This document shows, piece after piece, positions 39,730 to 49,714 of a stretch of DNA of 64,000 nucleotides. Under the pieces are notes generated by a model. It was not told where the DNA came from. It saw nothing but the letters and a program-made list of their open reading frames with translations, and made no database searches. Source of the DNA: Bacteroidetes bacterium GWE2_42_24 (GTDB lineage: Bacteria; Bacteroidota; Bacteroidia; Bacteroidales; TTA-H9); contig MEOA01000010.1 in NCBI GenBank assembly GCA_001768515.1, positions 140,490-204,489 on the forward strand, given 5' to 3'. How positions within the stretch are numbered: the stretch's first letter is position 1; each line of letters starts with the position of its first letter. The translations under genes and the position numbers were made by a program.

Positions 39730-41577
39730 ATGGCAGCAAAAGACATTAAAGTTGTTGAGATGGAAGAGGTTGTCATTCGATTCACCGGCGATTCGGGAGA
39801 TGGAATGCAACTAACCGGCACGCTCTTTTCCGATACTGCAGCGCTCTCGGGTAACGACCTGTCAACATTCCCCGATTTCCCGGCTGAAATCAGGGCTCCA
39901 CAGAACACTGTAGCCGGTGTTTCAGGCTTTCAGCTTCACTTTGGAAGCACCAAAATTCACACCAGCGGCGACTTGTGCGATGTATTGGTAGCCTCCAATC
40001 CGGCAGCACTTAAATCGAACCTGAAACATGCAAAAAAAGGTGCTACAATTATCACTGACATCGATAACTACGAAACCAAAATACTTGAAAAAGCAGGTTT
40101 CACAACCAACCCTCTCGAAGACGGATCTCTCAGCGATTATACAATTGTGAAAGCTCCCATCAGGAAGCTCACCCGCGAAGCTGTAGCCGAGCTGGGGCTT
40201 GATACCAAGACAGCCGACAAGTCGAAAAACATGTTCGCCCTTGGCCTCCTGTTTTACATGTTCAACAAAGAACTCGACCATACCCTTCATTTCCTTGAAA
40301 AGAAATTTGCAAAAAAACCTCTCGTTGTTGAAGCCAACAAACTGGTTTTGAAAGCCGGATACATATATGGTGAAAATGTCGAAGCGATCAAATCTACCAT
40401 CTCGGTTCCTCCTGCTAATATCGAAAAAGGAACCTATCGCAACATTACCGGTAACATTGCAACTGCATGGGGGCTGATGGCCGCCAGCGAAAAATCCGGA
40501 AGAAAAATCTTCCTGGGTTCATACCCAATTACACCGGCTACCGACATCCTGATGGAATTAGCCAAACACCGCAATCTGGGTGTTAAAACCTTCCAGGCCG
40601 AGGATGAAATTGCCGGTGTCACCTCCGCTATCGGTGCCTGCTTTGCCGGCAGCATGGGTATTACAAGCACCTCAGGACCTGGTCTTTCTTTGAAATCTGA
40701 AGCGCTTGGCCTTGCAGTAATCACAGAACTTCCATTGATTGTTGTAAACGTTCAACGTGGAGGCCCTTCAACCGGATTACCTACAAAGAGTGAACAGGCC
40801 GACCTGAACCAGGCGCTCTACGGCCGTAATGGCGAAGCACCCATGTTTATCATGGCTGCTGCCTCTCCTGTCGATTGCTTCTATGCAGCCTTCGAAACAG
40901 CTCAGATAGCACTCGAACACATGACTCCTGCCATTCTGCTCACCGACGGTTACATCGGATTTGGATCCGAACTCTTTAGGATCCCTAAAATGTCAGAATT
41001 CCCTGAAATAAAACCACCAATCGCTGCACCCAATTCCGATTTCAAACCATATGCCCGCGACCCGGAAACACTGGTCCGCCAGTGGGCACTTCCCGGAACC
41101 GAAGGGCTCAGACACCGTATTGGCGGTCTGGAGAAATCAGATATTTTTGGACAGGTTTCAACAGATGGCCTAAACCACGAAAGAATGACATACCTGCGTC
41201 ACGAAAAGGTTATGCGTATCGCTAACCGCCTTCCGGAGCAGGAAATCTTTGGCGAACCTGAAGGTGATATTCTGGTTATCAGTTGGGGAGGCACAAGAGG
41301 CTTTGTACGTTCTGCCGTCGAGAAAATGCAGAAAGCCGGTCACAAGGTGGGCCATGCCCATTTCCGTTATATCATGCCTCTGCCTAAAAACACAAAACAA
41401 GTGCTCTCAGCTTACAAAAGAGTACTGGTTTGCGAGTTGAACGCCGGGCAGTTTGCAAATTACCTGAGGACTATCTTCCCCGAAGTTCCCCTAAAACAGT
41501 TCAACAAGATGCAGGGACAACCCTTTACTGTTACCGAACTTACCGAAAAATTTACCCAAATGATTCAGGAGGCTTAA
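39730..41577 (+). CDS. korA: 2-oxoglutarate:ferredoxin oxidoreductase, alpha subunit (fused gamma-alpha type)
   Basis: Start at MAAKDIKVV. Motifs GDSGDGMQ and GSYPITPATD. Followed 2 nt later by the beta subunit. Confidence 0.85.
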   Translation: MAAKDIKVVEMEEVVIRFTGDSGDGMQLTGTLFSDTAALSGNDLSTFPDFPAEIRAPQNTVAGVSGFQLHFGSTKIHTSGDLCDVLVASNPAALKSNLKHAKKGATIITDIDNYETKILEKAGFTTNPLEDGSLSDYTIVKAPIRKLTREAVAELGLDTKTADKSKNMFALGLLFYMFNKELDHTLHFLEKKFAKKPLVVEANKLVLKAGYIYGENVEAIKSTISVPPANIEKGTYRNITGNIATAWGLMAASEKSGRKIFLGSYPITPATDILMELAKHRNLGVKTFQAEDEIAGVTSAIGACFAGSMGITSTSGPGLSLKSEALGLAVITELPLIVVNVQRGGPSTGLPTKSEQADLNQALYGRNGEAPMFIMAAASPVDCFYAAFETAQIALEHMTPAILLTDGYIGFGSELFRIPKMSEFPEIKPPIAAPNSDFKPYARDPETLVRQWALPGTEGLRHRIGGLEKSDIFGQVSTDGLNHERMTYLRHEKVMRIANRLPEQEIFGEPEGDILVISWGGTRGFVRSAVEKMQKAGHKVGHAHFRYIMPLPKNTKQVLSAYKRVLVCELNAGQFANYLRTIFPEVPLKQFNKMQGQPFTVTELTEKFTQMIQEA

Positions 41578-41579
41578 CC

Positions 41580-42620
41580 ATGACTGAAATAAATAACACT
41601 ATCGAAAAATCGCCGGTAAAATTAACCCGCGAAGATTTTGTAAGCGACCAAATGGTTAAATGGTGCCCGGGTTGTGGTGACCATGCTATTCTGGCAGCCG
41701 TATCGAAAGTTTTTCCTGAAATCGGATACAAAAAAGAAAATTTCGTTTTCGTTTCAGGTATCGGCTGCTCTTCACGTTTTCCATACTACGTTAACACTTA
41801 CGGATTCCATAGCATTCATGGCCGGGCTACACCCATCGCCTCCGGAGTTAAGATTGCCAACCCGAAACTCAGCGTCTGGATCGTAACCGGTGATGGTGAC
41901 TCAATGGCTATAGGTGGAAACCATTTCATCCACATCATCCGCCGTAACATAGATGTCAATCTGCTGTTGCTTAATAACCGCATCTACGGGCTGACAAAAG
42001 GCCAGTACTCGCCGACCTCTCCACTGGGATCCATTACGAAAACCTCTCCTTACGGTACCATCGAACACCCTTTCAATCCCGGGGAACTCGTTCTCGGAGC
42101 TCAGGGTACATTCTATGCCCGTGCACTCGATGTAAACCCGAAACTGATGACCGAAATCATGTTTGAAGCTGCCCGCCACGACGGAACCTCGGTAGTGGAA
42201 GTCCTTCAAAACTGCGTTATTTTCAACGATGGCGCTTACGATGAAATCACTGACAAGGCGGTTCGTGAAGATCGTACAATCCTCTTACGGGCTGGCGAGA
42301 AAATGATTTTTGGCACCAACCGCAACAAAGGACTTCATCTGCAAGGAACAAGCCTTGAAGTGGTTACTGTCGGAGAAAACGGAATCACCGAAGACGACCT
42401 GCTGGTTCATGACCCCTACCAGGCAGATCCCGGAATTCACCTGATGCTGGCCAAAATGAGCGGCCCTGACTTCCCCGTAGCCCTCGGTGTTATTCGTTCA
42501 GCCAAATGTTACCCGACTTATGACGACCTCATGGAAGAACAAATCGCTGAAATCAGCGCTAAAAGTAAAATCCATTGTATGGACGACCTGCTGATGAGCG
42601 GCGATACCTGGACAGTTTAA
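41580..42620 (+). CDS. korB: 2-oxoglutarate:ferredoxin oxidoreductase, beta (TPP-binding) subunit
   Basis: True start is MTEINNTIEK at 41580; the ORF-track start 41430 overlaps korA. Motifs WCPGCGDH and GDGDSMAIGGNH. Confidence 0.85.
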   Translation: MTEINNTIEKSPVKLTREDFVSDQMVKWCPGCGDHAILAAVSKVFPEIGYKKENFVFVSGIGCSSRFPYYVNTYGFHSIHGRATPIASGVKIANPKLSVWIVTGDGDSMAIGGNHFIHIIRRNIDVNLLLLNNRIYGLTKGQYSPTSPLGSITKTSPYGTIEHPFNPGELVLGAQGTFYARALDVNPKLMTEIMFEAARHDGTSVVEVLQNCVIFNDGAYDEITDKAVREDRTILLRAGEKMIFGTNRNKGLHLQGTSLEVVTVGENGITEDDLLVHDPYQADPGIHLMLAKMSGPDFPVALGVIRSAKCYPTYDDLMEEQIAEISAKSKIHCMDDLLMSGDTWTV

Positions 42621-42644
42621 TTCCCAAAATTATACCAAAAAAAG

Positions 42645-42679
42645 GGCTGAAACATTATTATCGTTTCAGCCTTTTTTTT
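42645..42679. terminator. Hairpin terminator between the convergent korB and membrane-protein genes
   Basis: ggctgaaac (42645-42653) pairs with gtttcagcc (42663-42671). A-run upstream and T-run at 42672-42679. Confidence 0.7.
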
Positions 42680-43280
42680 ATTCAACCTTTCGGCTGGCCT
42701 GCTTACGAAAAAGAAGATAAAACAAAAGAGCAGCAACCCCAAGCATTGCCGGAGATAGTGAATAAATCCACCCATTCTCCTCGGGTTTGTAGTTCCCCAC
42801 AAAGTGGAGACCCGCCTGTACAGCATTCACAAACACCCAGGAAACAACATAAAACAATGCCAATTGCCACCGATTTACAGGTAACTTCGAACGAAACGAA
42901 ACTACCAGAAGTACAATCAACATCACCCCATCAATGCCCCCAAGGATCAGTATGTTATAGTTAAACACATAGGCCAGAGCATCCATTGAGAAATGAAGTG
43001 CCAGCCCTGTCCCTAAAACCAGTGCCCGCGATCGCCATCGGGGAACCAAAAGAGCCAACGCGAACAGTCCCAGGAAAATAACCCCCGAATTCACATGCAA
43101 CCAATGTAATGAAAGTGAATTGGCAGTCCCGTCATCGAATTTGTAGCGCAGCAAATGATCAAAGTCGATGACATTTGCAGCTAACATCAGGGCAATGGTC
43201 GTCGGAAATGTAAGATCAGCCTTCCGCCAAATTTTTGTTCCGGCAAGTGCCGAAGTAAGTAGGTGTCCCCCTGCATACAT
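42678..43280 (-). CDS. Polytopic membrane protein, possibly DUF457/YdjM-like membrane-bound metal-dependent hydrolase
   Basis: ATG 43280 gives MYAGGHLLTSALAG (the ORF-track start is a TTG). Several TM helices and His/Asp residues (NVIDFDHLL). The family call is tentative. Confidence 0.35.
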   Translation of the reverse strand: MYAGGHLLTSALAGTKIWRKADLTFPTTIALMLAANVIDFDHLLRYKFDDGTANSLSLHWLHVNSGVIFLGLFALALLVPRWRSRALVLGTGLALHFSMDALAYVFNYNILILGGIDGVMLIVLLVVSFRSKLPVNRWQLALFYVVSWVFVNAVQAGLHFVGNYKPEENGWIYSLSPAMLGVAALLFYLLFRKQASRKVE

Positions 43281-43755
43281 AATTCTGATATTTTTCGATA
43301 AAAGTAGCTTAAAATAGGTAGTTGGAGGCTGCAAGTATTCATATCCAACTTAATCAGTGAGTTATTTCTAAACCTTTGCTGACAGGTTGCCTTCACCTCT
43401 TTATCAAACTCACTAAATAAACTTGCAACTATAACGAAAGTACAATTCAGGCTTTGAATCCCTATTGAAATCAAATCGTCTGATTACCTGCAAATCAACT
43501 CAAAATATATAATTCGCTGGTAACCCCTTTGTCGTCTCCTCTGGTCTCAACGAATCGTCTTTGAATCTTCCTTAAATCTGGTTAATGTGAGGTTCTGTCA
43601 AACCAGGAATAAACACCTGATATTTGGACCAACACCTAATTTCAAAGATACATTTGCCCAAATCGGGAGACCATGATCAGGAGATTACAAAAAAAAATGT
43701 TTAGCCCGATATCCCAAAGCCATGAATATGGTTTTGAAAATAAACTGATCCTGTA

Positions 43756-46179
43756 TTACTTTAGGGTGACAAGGGTAACTCCGGCACCTGCCTGATCGGG
43801 GTTATCGTCACGCCATGATCTTACTTCACTGCATGTACGTAGATAATCGCGCACCATTGTGCGTAAAACACCATTGCCTTTACCATGAAGAATCCGAACC
43901 TCCCGAATATGAAGGAGCATCGCCTCATCGATAAAACGCAACACCGCCTGCACGGCTTCATCACCGGTTTTGCCCCGCACATCAAGGGTTAGTTGAAACG
44001 ACGACATGGTACGCTCCAGATCGGTATTCACTGTATTTCTTGAGACTTTGACCTGAGCCTTCTTTTGTTCACTTTCTTCGGCCCTTCGCAACTTGCGTAA
44101 TTCTGTCTGCAACTTCACCTGATTGAACATCACTGTAGCATCGTTACCCCGGATGGCTGCTATCTGCCCGATGGCATCCTGTACCCCGATCCTGACAAAG
44201 TCGCCCACTTCCAACTGTCGCTGTTCAACAGGTTTTTCAGTTTTCTGTAAGGCTTTTGGCATCACAGGCAGCGTTGAAGGGGGCACCTCCGGCGCCTGCC
44301 TGATCTGTTCTATCTGCTGATGAAGCTTCTTTCGGATATCAATGGTCTGTCTCTTTTCGGCCTTCACCGATTTGATCTCGCTCACCGTATTTTCGATCAA
44401 CTTGTTGGCTCCTTCCAGAATATCGAGGGCCTCGCGTTTTGCCTTTTTCAGAATCTCCCCGCGTGCAGTTTCAATTTCGCTGTGAAGTTTCGCATATTTC
44501 TGAAGCGTCTCAGACAACAGGTTATCGGCCACTTCTATCTGCCTTCTTTTCTTATCAAGCTCTTGCTTTTCAACATCAAGCTGCTGGAGCTGTTCCTCAA
44601 AACTCAGTTGATCACTACCCGATTTAGCGGTAGCTGACTCGATGATGTCAGAAGGAAACCCAATTTTTCTGGCAATCTCATACGTAAAAGAGCTGCCAGG
44701 CATCCCTGTCAACAATCTGAACAAAGGTTGCATACGTCGCGTATCAAACAGCATGGCTCCGTTGATAACTCCGGGCACCCGTCCTCCAAGCAACTTCAAA
44801 CTGGCGTAGTGTGTTGTAATCAACCCGATTGATCCCGCCCCGCTCAACTTCTCAATGATGGCCTCGGCAATGGCTCCGCCGAGTCTGGGCTCAGTCCCGG
44901 TGCCCATTTCATCCGACAGAAACAAGGTCTGTCCATCGGCATTTTCGACGAAGTGTTTCATGGCCATCAGGTGAGAGCTATAGGTCGAAAGATCATTGTC
45001 GAGCGATTGCTCATCCCCGATGTCGATGAAGATTTTCGAAAAGACTCCCACCTCAGAGGTATGTCGCATCGGAACAAGCAAACCACACTGAAGCATATAT
45101 TGCAACAACCCGACAGTCTTCAGACATACCGACTTACCCCCGGCATTGGGGCCACTGATAATGAGTATCCGATCTTGATCCGATAGCTTTACACTCAGTG
45201 GCTCAATTGGTTTATGCTGTGCTGCAAGCGCCAGATAGAGCAATGGATGAACAGCATCAAGCCAGTCAATAACCGGCTTATTATTAAGTACCGGAAGTGA
45301 AGCCCCCAACTTTAATGCTACACGAGCCCTGGCCTTGATAAAGTCTAATCTGGCGGTCATGTGCAAAGCGTCATGGAGTTCCGGAAGATGAGGTCTGATA
45401 AGGTTAGTAAAGGTGGTGAGTATCCGGATAATTTCCCTGACCTCCTCAGTTTCGAGTTCTCTGATCTGGTTGTTGGTTTCAAACACTGCTTCCGGCTCGA
45501 TAAAGGCGGTCTGTCCGGTAGCCGATTCATCGTGAACAAACCCCCTGATACGTCGTTTAAAATTACTCAGGACGGGAATTACCAGTCGTCCGTTGCGTAA
45601 GGTGGGTTCAGAATTCTCAGGGGTAAAACCGGCTTTGCGGGCTTCGCTGAGCGTGGCCTCAAGTTTTCCCCGTACAGATGATTCCTTTTTCTTGATCTCC
45701 TTTCTAATGCGTGCCAACCCGGCTGAAGCACCATCACGTATACCTCCTTTTTCGTCCACTATCTGGTTAAGGGCGATCAGGATAGTGCTGTCAACCGGTG
45801 CCGACAAGGCAATCTCTGCCAACCGGGGATATTTCTGCTGACGTATTACATTGAAATACTTTACAATATCTGCAATAATCTGCAATGTGTGACGCAGGTC
45901 GGGAAGGAAATCAGGTTCCACGAAAGATCCCGGTGTTCTTACACGGAACAGTTCTGTTGTGATATCAGCAATATCGGTTGAAGGATAGCCGGCTTCATCA
46001 GTAAGCAAATTTCGCATCTCTTCTGTCTGACGAAGGTGCTCTTCCACTATATTGAAATCAGATGAAAACGACATCGAGGCCGACAAGTCAACCCCGAGCG
46101 GATTGGTACATGCTTCAGTCACCATCCCTCTTATGCGGTCAAAACCTATCTTTTGTTCAAAATTCCCGGGATAAATCAC
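43756..46179 (-). CDS. mutS2: Endonuclease MutS2 (MutS domain plus C-terminal Smr)
   Basis: GTG start gives MIYPGNFEQKIGFDRIR, the typical Bacteroidetes MutS2 N-terminus. Walker A GPNAGGKS and Smr motif ILHGKGNGVLR. Confidence 0.9.
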   Translation of the reverse strand: MIYPGNFEQKIGFDRIRGMVTEACTNPLGVDLSASMSFSSDFNIVEEHLRQTEEMRNLLTDEAGYPSTDIADITTELFRVRTPGSFVEPDFLPDLRHTLQIIADIVKYFNVIRQQKYPRLAEIALSAPVDSTILIALNQIVDEKGGIRDGASAGLARIRKEIKKKESSVRGKLEATLSEARKAGFTPENSEPTLRNGRLVIPVLSNFKRRIRGFVHDESATGQTAFIEPEAVFETNNQIRELETEEVREIIRILTTFTNLIRPHLPELHDALHMTARLDFIKARARVALKLGASLPVLNNKPVIDWLDAVHPLLYLALAAQHKPIEPLSVKLSDQDRILIISGPNAGGKSVCLKTVGLLQYMLQCGLLVPMRHTSEVGVFSKIFIDIGDEQSLDNDLSTYSSHLMAMKHFVENADGQTLFLSDEMGTGTEPRLGGAIAEAIIEKLSGAGSIGLITTHYASLKLLGGRVPGVINGAMLFDTRRMQPLFRLLTGMPGSSFTYEIARKIGFPSDIIESATAKSGSDQLSFEEQLQQLDVEKQELDKKRRQIEVADNLLSETLQKYAKLHSEIETARGEILKKAKREALDILEGANKLIENTVSEIKSVKAEKRQTIDIRKKLHQQIEQIRQAPEVPPSTLPVMPKALQKTEKPVEQRQLEVGDFVRIGVQDAIGQIAAIRGNDATVMFNQVKLQTELRKLRRAEESEQKKAQVKVSRNTVNTDLERTMSSFQLTLDVRGKTGDEAVQAVLRFIDEAMLLHIREVRILHGKGNGVLRTMVRDYLRTCSEVRSWRDDNPDQAGAGVTLVTLK

Positions 46180-46182
46180 TTG

Positions 46183-47400
46183 CTACTTTGATTTTGATGA
46201 AGAGCGCTTTCGGGTAACCAGCGCAAGACCACCCTCGGAAGTCTCTTTATAGATACTTGGGATGTCGTGCCCGGTAAGGTTCATGGCCCTTACCACCTTG
46301 TCGAAGCTGACCATATGCCGTCCGTCAGAGAGGGTAGCATACACGTTGGCATCGATGGCGCGGGAAGCCGCAACGGCATTTCGCTCAATGCACGGAACCT
46401 GCACCAGCCCTGCCACAGGATCGCAGGTGAGTCCCAGAAAATGCTCAAGCCCCATCGAGGCGGCGTATTCAATCTGAGCAGGGGTTCCGCCATATAGCTG
46501 CGCGGCTGCACCTGAAGCCATACTGCACGCTGTACCTATTTCGCCCTGACAACCTACCATTGCACCGGAGATAGAAGCATTGGTTTTTACAAGATTTCCA
46601 ATTAGTCCGGCTGTTGCCAGTGCTCTGAGAATTTTTTTATCGGTAAGATTGTTATTGGATTGAAGCAGATAAAGCACGCCCGGAACCACACCCGAAGAAC
46701 CACATGTCGGAGCAGTAACTATACGTCCGCCGGCTGCATTCTCTTCGGCCACAGCAAGGGCATAGGCAAAGACCATGTGACGCCGCCGCAGGCTCTCCTT
46801 GTGGCTGTTCAGTTTGGTATAATAAGCCGCCGCCTTCCGCGGGTAGTTTAAGCCGCCAGGTAAAGCACCTTCGGCATCAATGCCACGTTCAACGGCCTCC
46901 TTCATCACTTTCCACACCTCTTCCAGATAATCCCAGATGGAGGGATCTTCATGTACATTGACCAATTCCCAGATATTGCGGCCATTTTTCTGTGTCCATT
47001 CCAGCACTTCATTCATCCGGCTAAACGGATAGACCATGTCGCGCGATTCCCGTTCGCCACTGTCGCTGATATCTCCTCCGCCAATGCTGAATGTAAGCCA
47101 TTCTTCAATTCGCTTTCCTTCACCGTCGAATGATTCAAAACGTAACCCATTAGGGTGCTGAGGAAGAAACTCCTGAGGTCTCCATTCGATCAGACAGTAT
47201 CGCGGACTGAAGGCCTCGATTATTGTCAGATCGGTCTGGTGACCTACGCCGGTAGCTGCCAGGCTGCCATAGAGGGTTACCTTAAAAGAGGCTGCTAAAG
47301 GATTGCGCAGGCAGAAAATATCTGCAGCTTTTCTCGGTCCCATTGTATGACTGCTTGATGGTCCCCGGCCGATTTTATAAATTTCGCGGATTGATTCCAT
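46183..47400 (-). CDS. sdaA: L-serine dehydratase, iron-sulfur-dependent, single chain
   Basis: Start moved to ATG 47400 (MESIREIYKIGRGPSSSHTMGP), because an exact TAtcTTTG box at 47418-47425 lies inside the ORF-track extension. Ends 3 nt before the mutS2 start. Confidence 0.85.
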   Translation of the reverse strand: MESIREIYKIGRGPSSSHTMGPRKAADIFCLRNPLAASFKVTLYGSLAATGVGHQTDLTIIEAFSPRYCLIEWRPQEFLPQHPNGLRFESFDGEGKRIEEWLTFSIGGGDISDSGERESRDMVYPFSRMNEVLEWTQKNGRNIWELVNVHEDPSIWDYLEEVWKVMKEAVERGIDAEGALPGGLNYPRKAAAYYTKLNSHKESLRRRHMVFAYALAVAEENAAGGRIVTAPTCGSSGVVPGVLYLLQSNNNLTDKKILRALATAGLIGNLVKTNASISGAMVGCQGEIGTACSMASGAAAQLYGGTPAQIEYAASMGLEHFLGLTCDPVAGLVQVPCIERNAVAASRAIDANVYATLSDGRHMVSFDKVVRAMNLTGHDIPSIYKETSEGGLALVTRKRSSSKSK

Positions 47401-47417
47401 AGTGGTTAAAATGGCTG

Positions 47418-47425
47418 CAAAGATA
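47418..47425 (-). promoter_or_regulatory. -7 box TAtcTTTG for sdaA-mutS2
   Basis: The plus strand reads caaagata, 18 nt upstream of ATG 47400. Confidence 0.5.
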
Positions 47426-48062
47426 ATGCTTAAAGCATCAGAAGCCGGTCGTAGTAGAATTTCCGGTTTGTAGTTTCCGGTTATCCAACACAGAACTAAC
47501 CCCGAAACCCAAAATTGATGTTTCACGTTCACATAAAAAAATTCCGGTTTCGCTATTAGTTATGCCAAAATAACTTTGGCCGATAAGCTGCAAAACCTTC
47601 CCGATCTGCTCTACTGCTCAAAATATCCTTCTCCTGCGATTACCCGGATGAACTTATAAGCTCCAACGAAATCCCTCCCGGGGTGTCCGGTTACTGTTAT
47701 CATCCATATAATAAAAGTGCTTTTACGAATCCGCTTCCAATTTACAAATCTCGGGAGAGGGCATCATATTTGAAGGTGGCTTTATTACTCTTTCCTTACT
47801 TATACCTTAAAACTGGCTTTCTCATTTTATCTTTAAATCCAAACTCAAATGAAGTCAATTATAGTTAATATCCAGCCTTTTAACTAAATACAAACACCAC
47901 TAGTTTTTGACAAATGAAATTAAACCAGTTAAAGCAGGCAGAGATGACCGGAATTTTATGCCTGCCAGGGACACCAAATAACGAAAAAGATACTTCTGCA
48001 ATAATTGTCAAAAATAAAACAGTACAGAAGACCATTAAAATTATCGAGTCACAAAAATGAAT

Positions 48063-49151
48063 TTAGAAGAAAAAGCACAAACTGTTTTGCTTTAATTGTT
48101 TGTAAATATCCTGTTTAACAATTGAAAACACAAACATTCCTGCTTTCCGCGGCCATTTGCTCAGGATGTTCATCCGTAAGCCCACAGGTAGCTTATCGAC
48201 AACTTTAGTTGCGACAAAAAGTGTAGCCGCCAGCAACCTTCCTGGCAAGGCAGAAACATGGATTTTCAGATTGGCATGCACGCTCATCGGCTCATATCCT
48301 GCTTCGCTGGCCAGCCGGCCGACAGTACAATCAAGCAGGCAGATTTCCTTTGCGGTTAGCTTCTCCTTCCAGATCCCAAGCCTGCTTTGATTAACGGGTG
48401 CGAAGATTTGACGATGAAATTTTGAAAGCACCAACGGGTTATATAACCGTGAAAAATCCATATGCTTTTCATGAAACGAAAACATTTTTTGATCATAGGG
48501 AATACCGGCAAATCCACATACCTGCGACATGGTCTCCTGTGGTCTCATCACCAGGTCTTCATAGCGCAGGTATAAGTAATTCTCAGGCCTTACTCTGGCA
48601 GATGCCATGAAAGTACGGTAGAAATATTTCCATTTTTGTGCCGGTAAAGATGGAATCGACAAATCAAATCCAACTTCTTTGATCGAAACGTAATTGTCGC
48701 GATAATCCCGGTTAATGTATATAAATCTGGCATCTGGGAAGATACTGCTGATTTTTTTGGTATAGATAGCATAGCCGGGGTTTTTATCGGCTAAGAGCGT
48801 AATCTCAGATTTGGAAAAAATTGACTCATAACTATGATAAACTGCCCTGCAAACATCAGCGTAAGTACACCCAATTCTCAGATTCTGCAAAGATTGTCGC
48901 AAAAGCTCCAGATCGATATGCCACATATTGAATTTCCACTGCAGTTGCAAGTCGCTAAGAAAGGATTCAAAATCATGATTAGTCCAATTCTTCCGATGTC
49001 CATACTTTCCATATAAGTTCACTATAAACTGGCACTCGGTCGGGATGATTACATTGGGATGGGCGTCGAGCAACATTCGCAGAAGGGTGGTCCCTGAACG
49101 GGGGCGACCCGTTATAAACAGGAATGAAAATGAATTGGTGGGTTCCTTCAT
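48063..49151 (-). CDS. PAPS-dependent sulfotransferase family protein with hydrophobic C-terminal extension
   Basis: 5'-PSB loop GRPRSGTTLL and 3'-PB-type segment IYINRDYRDNYVS. The C-terminal ~80 aa are hydrophobic/amphipathic. A one-mismatch box TAtcTTTC lies at 49177-49184. Confidence 0.8.
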   Translation of the reverse strand: MKEPTNSFSFLFITGRPRSGTTLLRMLLDAHPNVIIPTECQFIVNLYGKYGHRKNWTNHDFESFLSDLQLQWKFNMWHIDLELLRQSLQNLRIGCTYADVCRAVYHSYESIFSKSEITLLADKNPGYAIYTKKISSIFPDARFIYINRDYRDNYVSIKEVGFDLSIPSLPAQKWKYFYRTFMASARVRPENYLYLRYEDLVMRPQETMSQVCGFAGIPYDQKMFSFHEKHMDFSRLYNPLVLSKFHRQIFAPVNQSRLGIWKEKLTAKEICLLDCTVGRLASEAGYEPMSVHANLKIHVSALPGRLLAATLFVATKVVDKLPVGLRMNILSKWPRKAGMFVFSIVKQDIYKQLKQNSLCFFF

Positions 49152-49714
49152 AAGGAAAATAGGTTAGATTGAGGAAGAAAGATACACAATAGTAACACTA
49201 AAAGTCGGCCAGACCAAATTTTGGAACGAATCAGCAGCAATATTATGCAAAATAATTATTAATCAGATCTATATGCTCGTAACAAAGAAAAATTAAAAAA
49301 CCCGCCATGCCGTCAATTCAAACTAAAATAGGTCTATTCAAGCTTGAATTTTTCGTGATTGAAAACGTACCGAATAAAAACTCCGAAATAGTTTCTGAGG
49401 CCGCCACTTGGCACCAGATGAGCCATGATAGCAAAAATCGATGCCGGTAGCAGGTAAATGAATGCACACAGTACTTACACCTATTCCTGGTGAATTTTTG
49501 CCGGGCAGTACTATCACCTCAGGTTGCCACATCAGGGCAACACCCTGATAAGAGTATCGGATCATAAGAGACATCGCTTTAGAAAACCTTGCCAGATTTA
49601 GCCAGTCAATCATTTTGGAGTTCTGCCGGATGCCCGGGTTTTTCTATTCTGCCAACTGCGGCATGAGATGGTCATATAAGTTCAAAATCATTGCCGGCAC
49701 GATCAAAAATTCCC

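Noticed and set aside
41430-41579. Upstream 50 codons of the korB ORF
   Set aside because: They overlap the 3' end of korA in another frame. The family-typical N-terminus MTEINN...WCPGCGDH begins at 41580, right after the korA stop.
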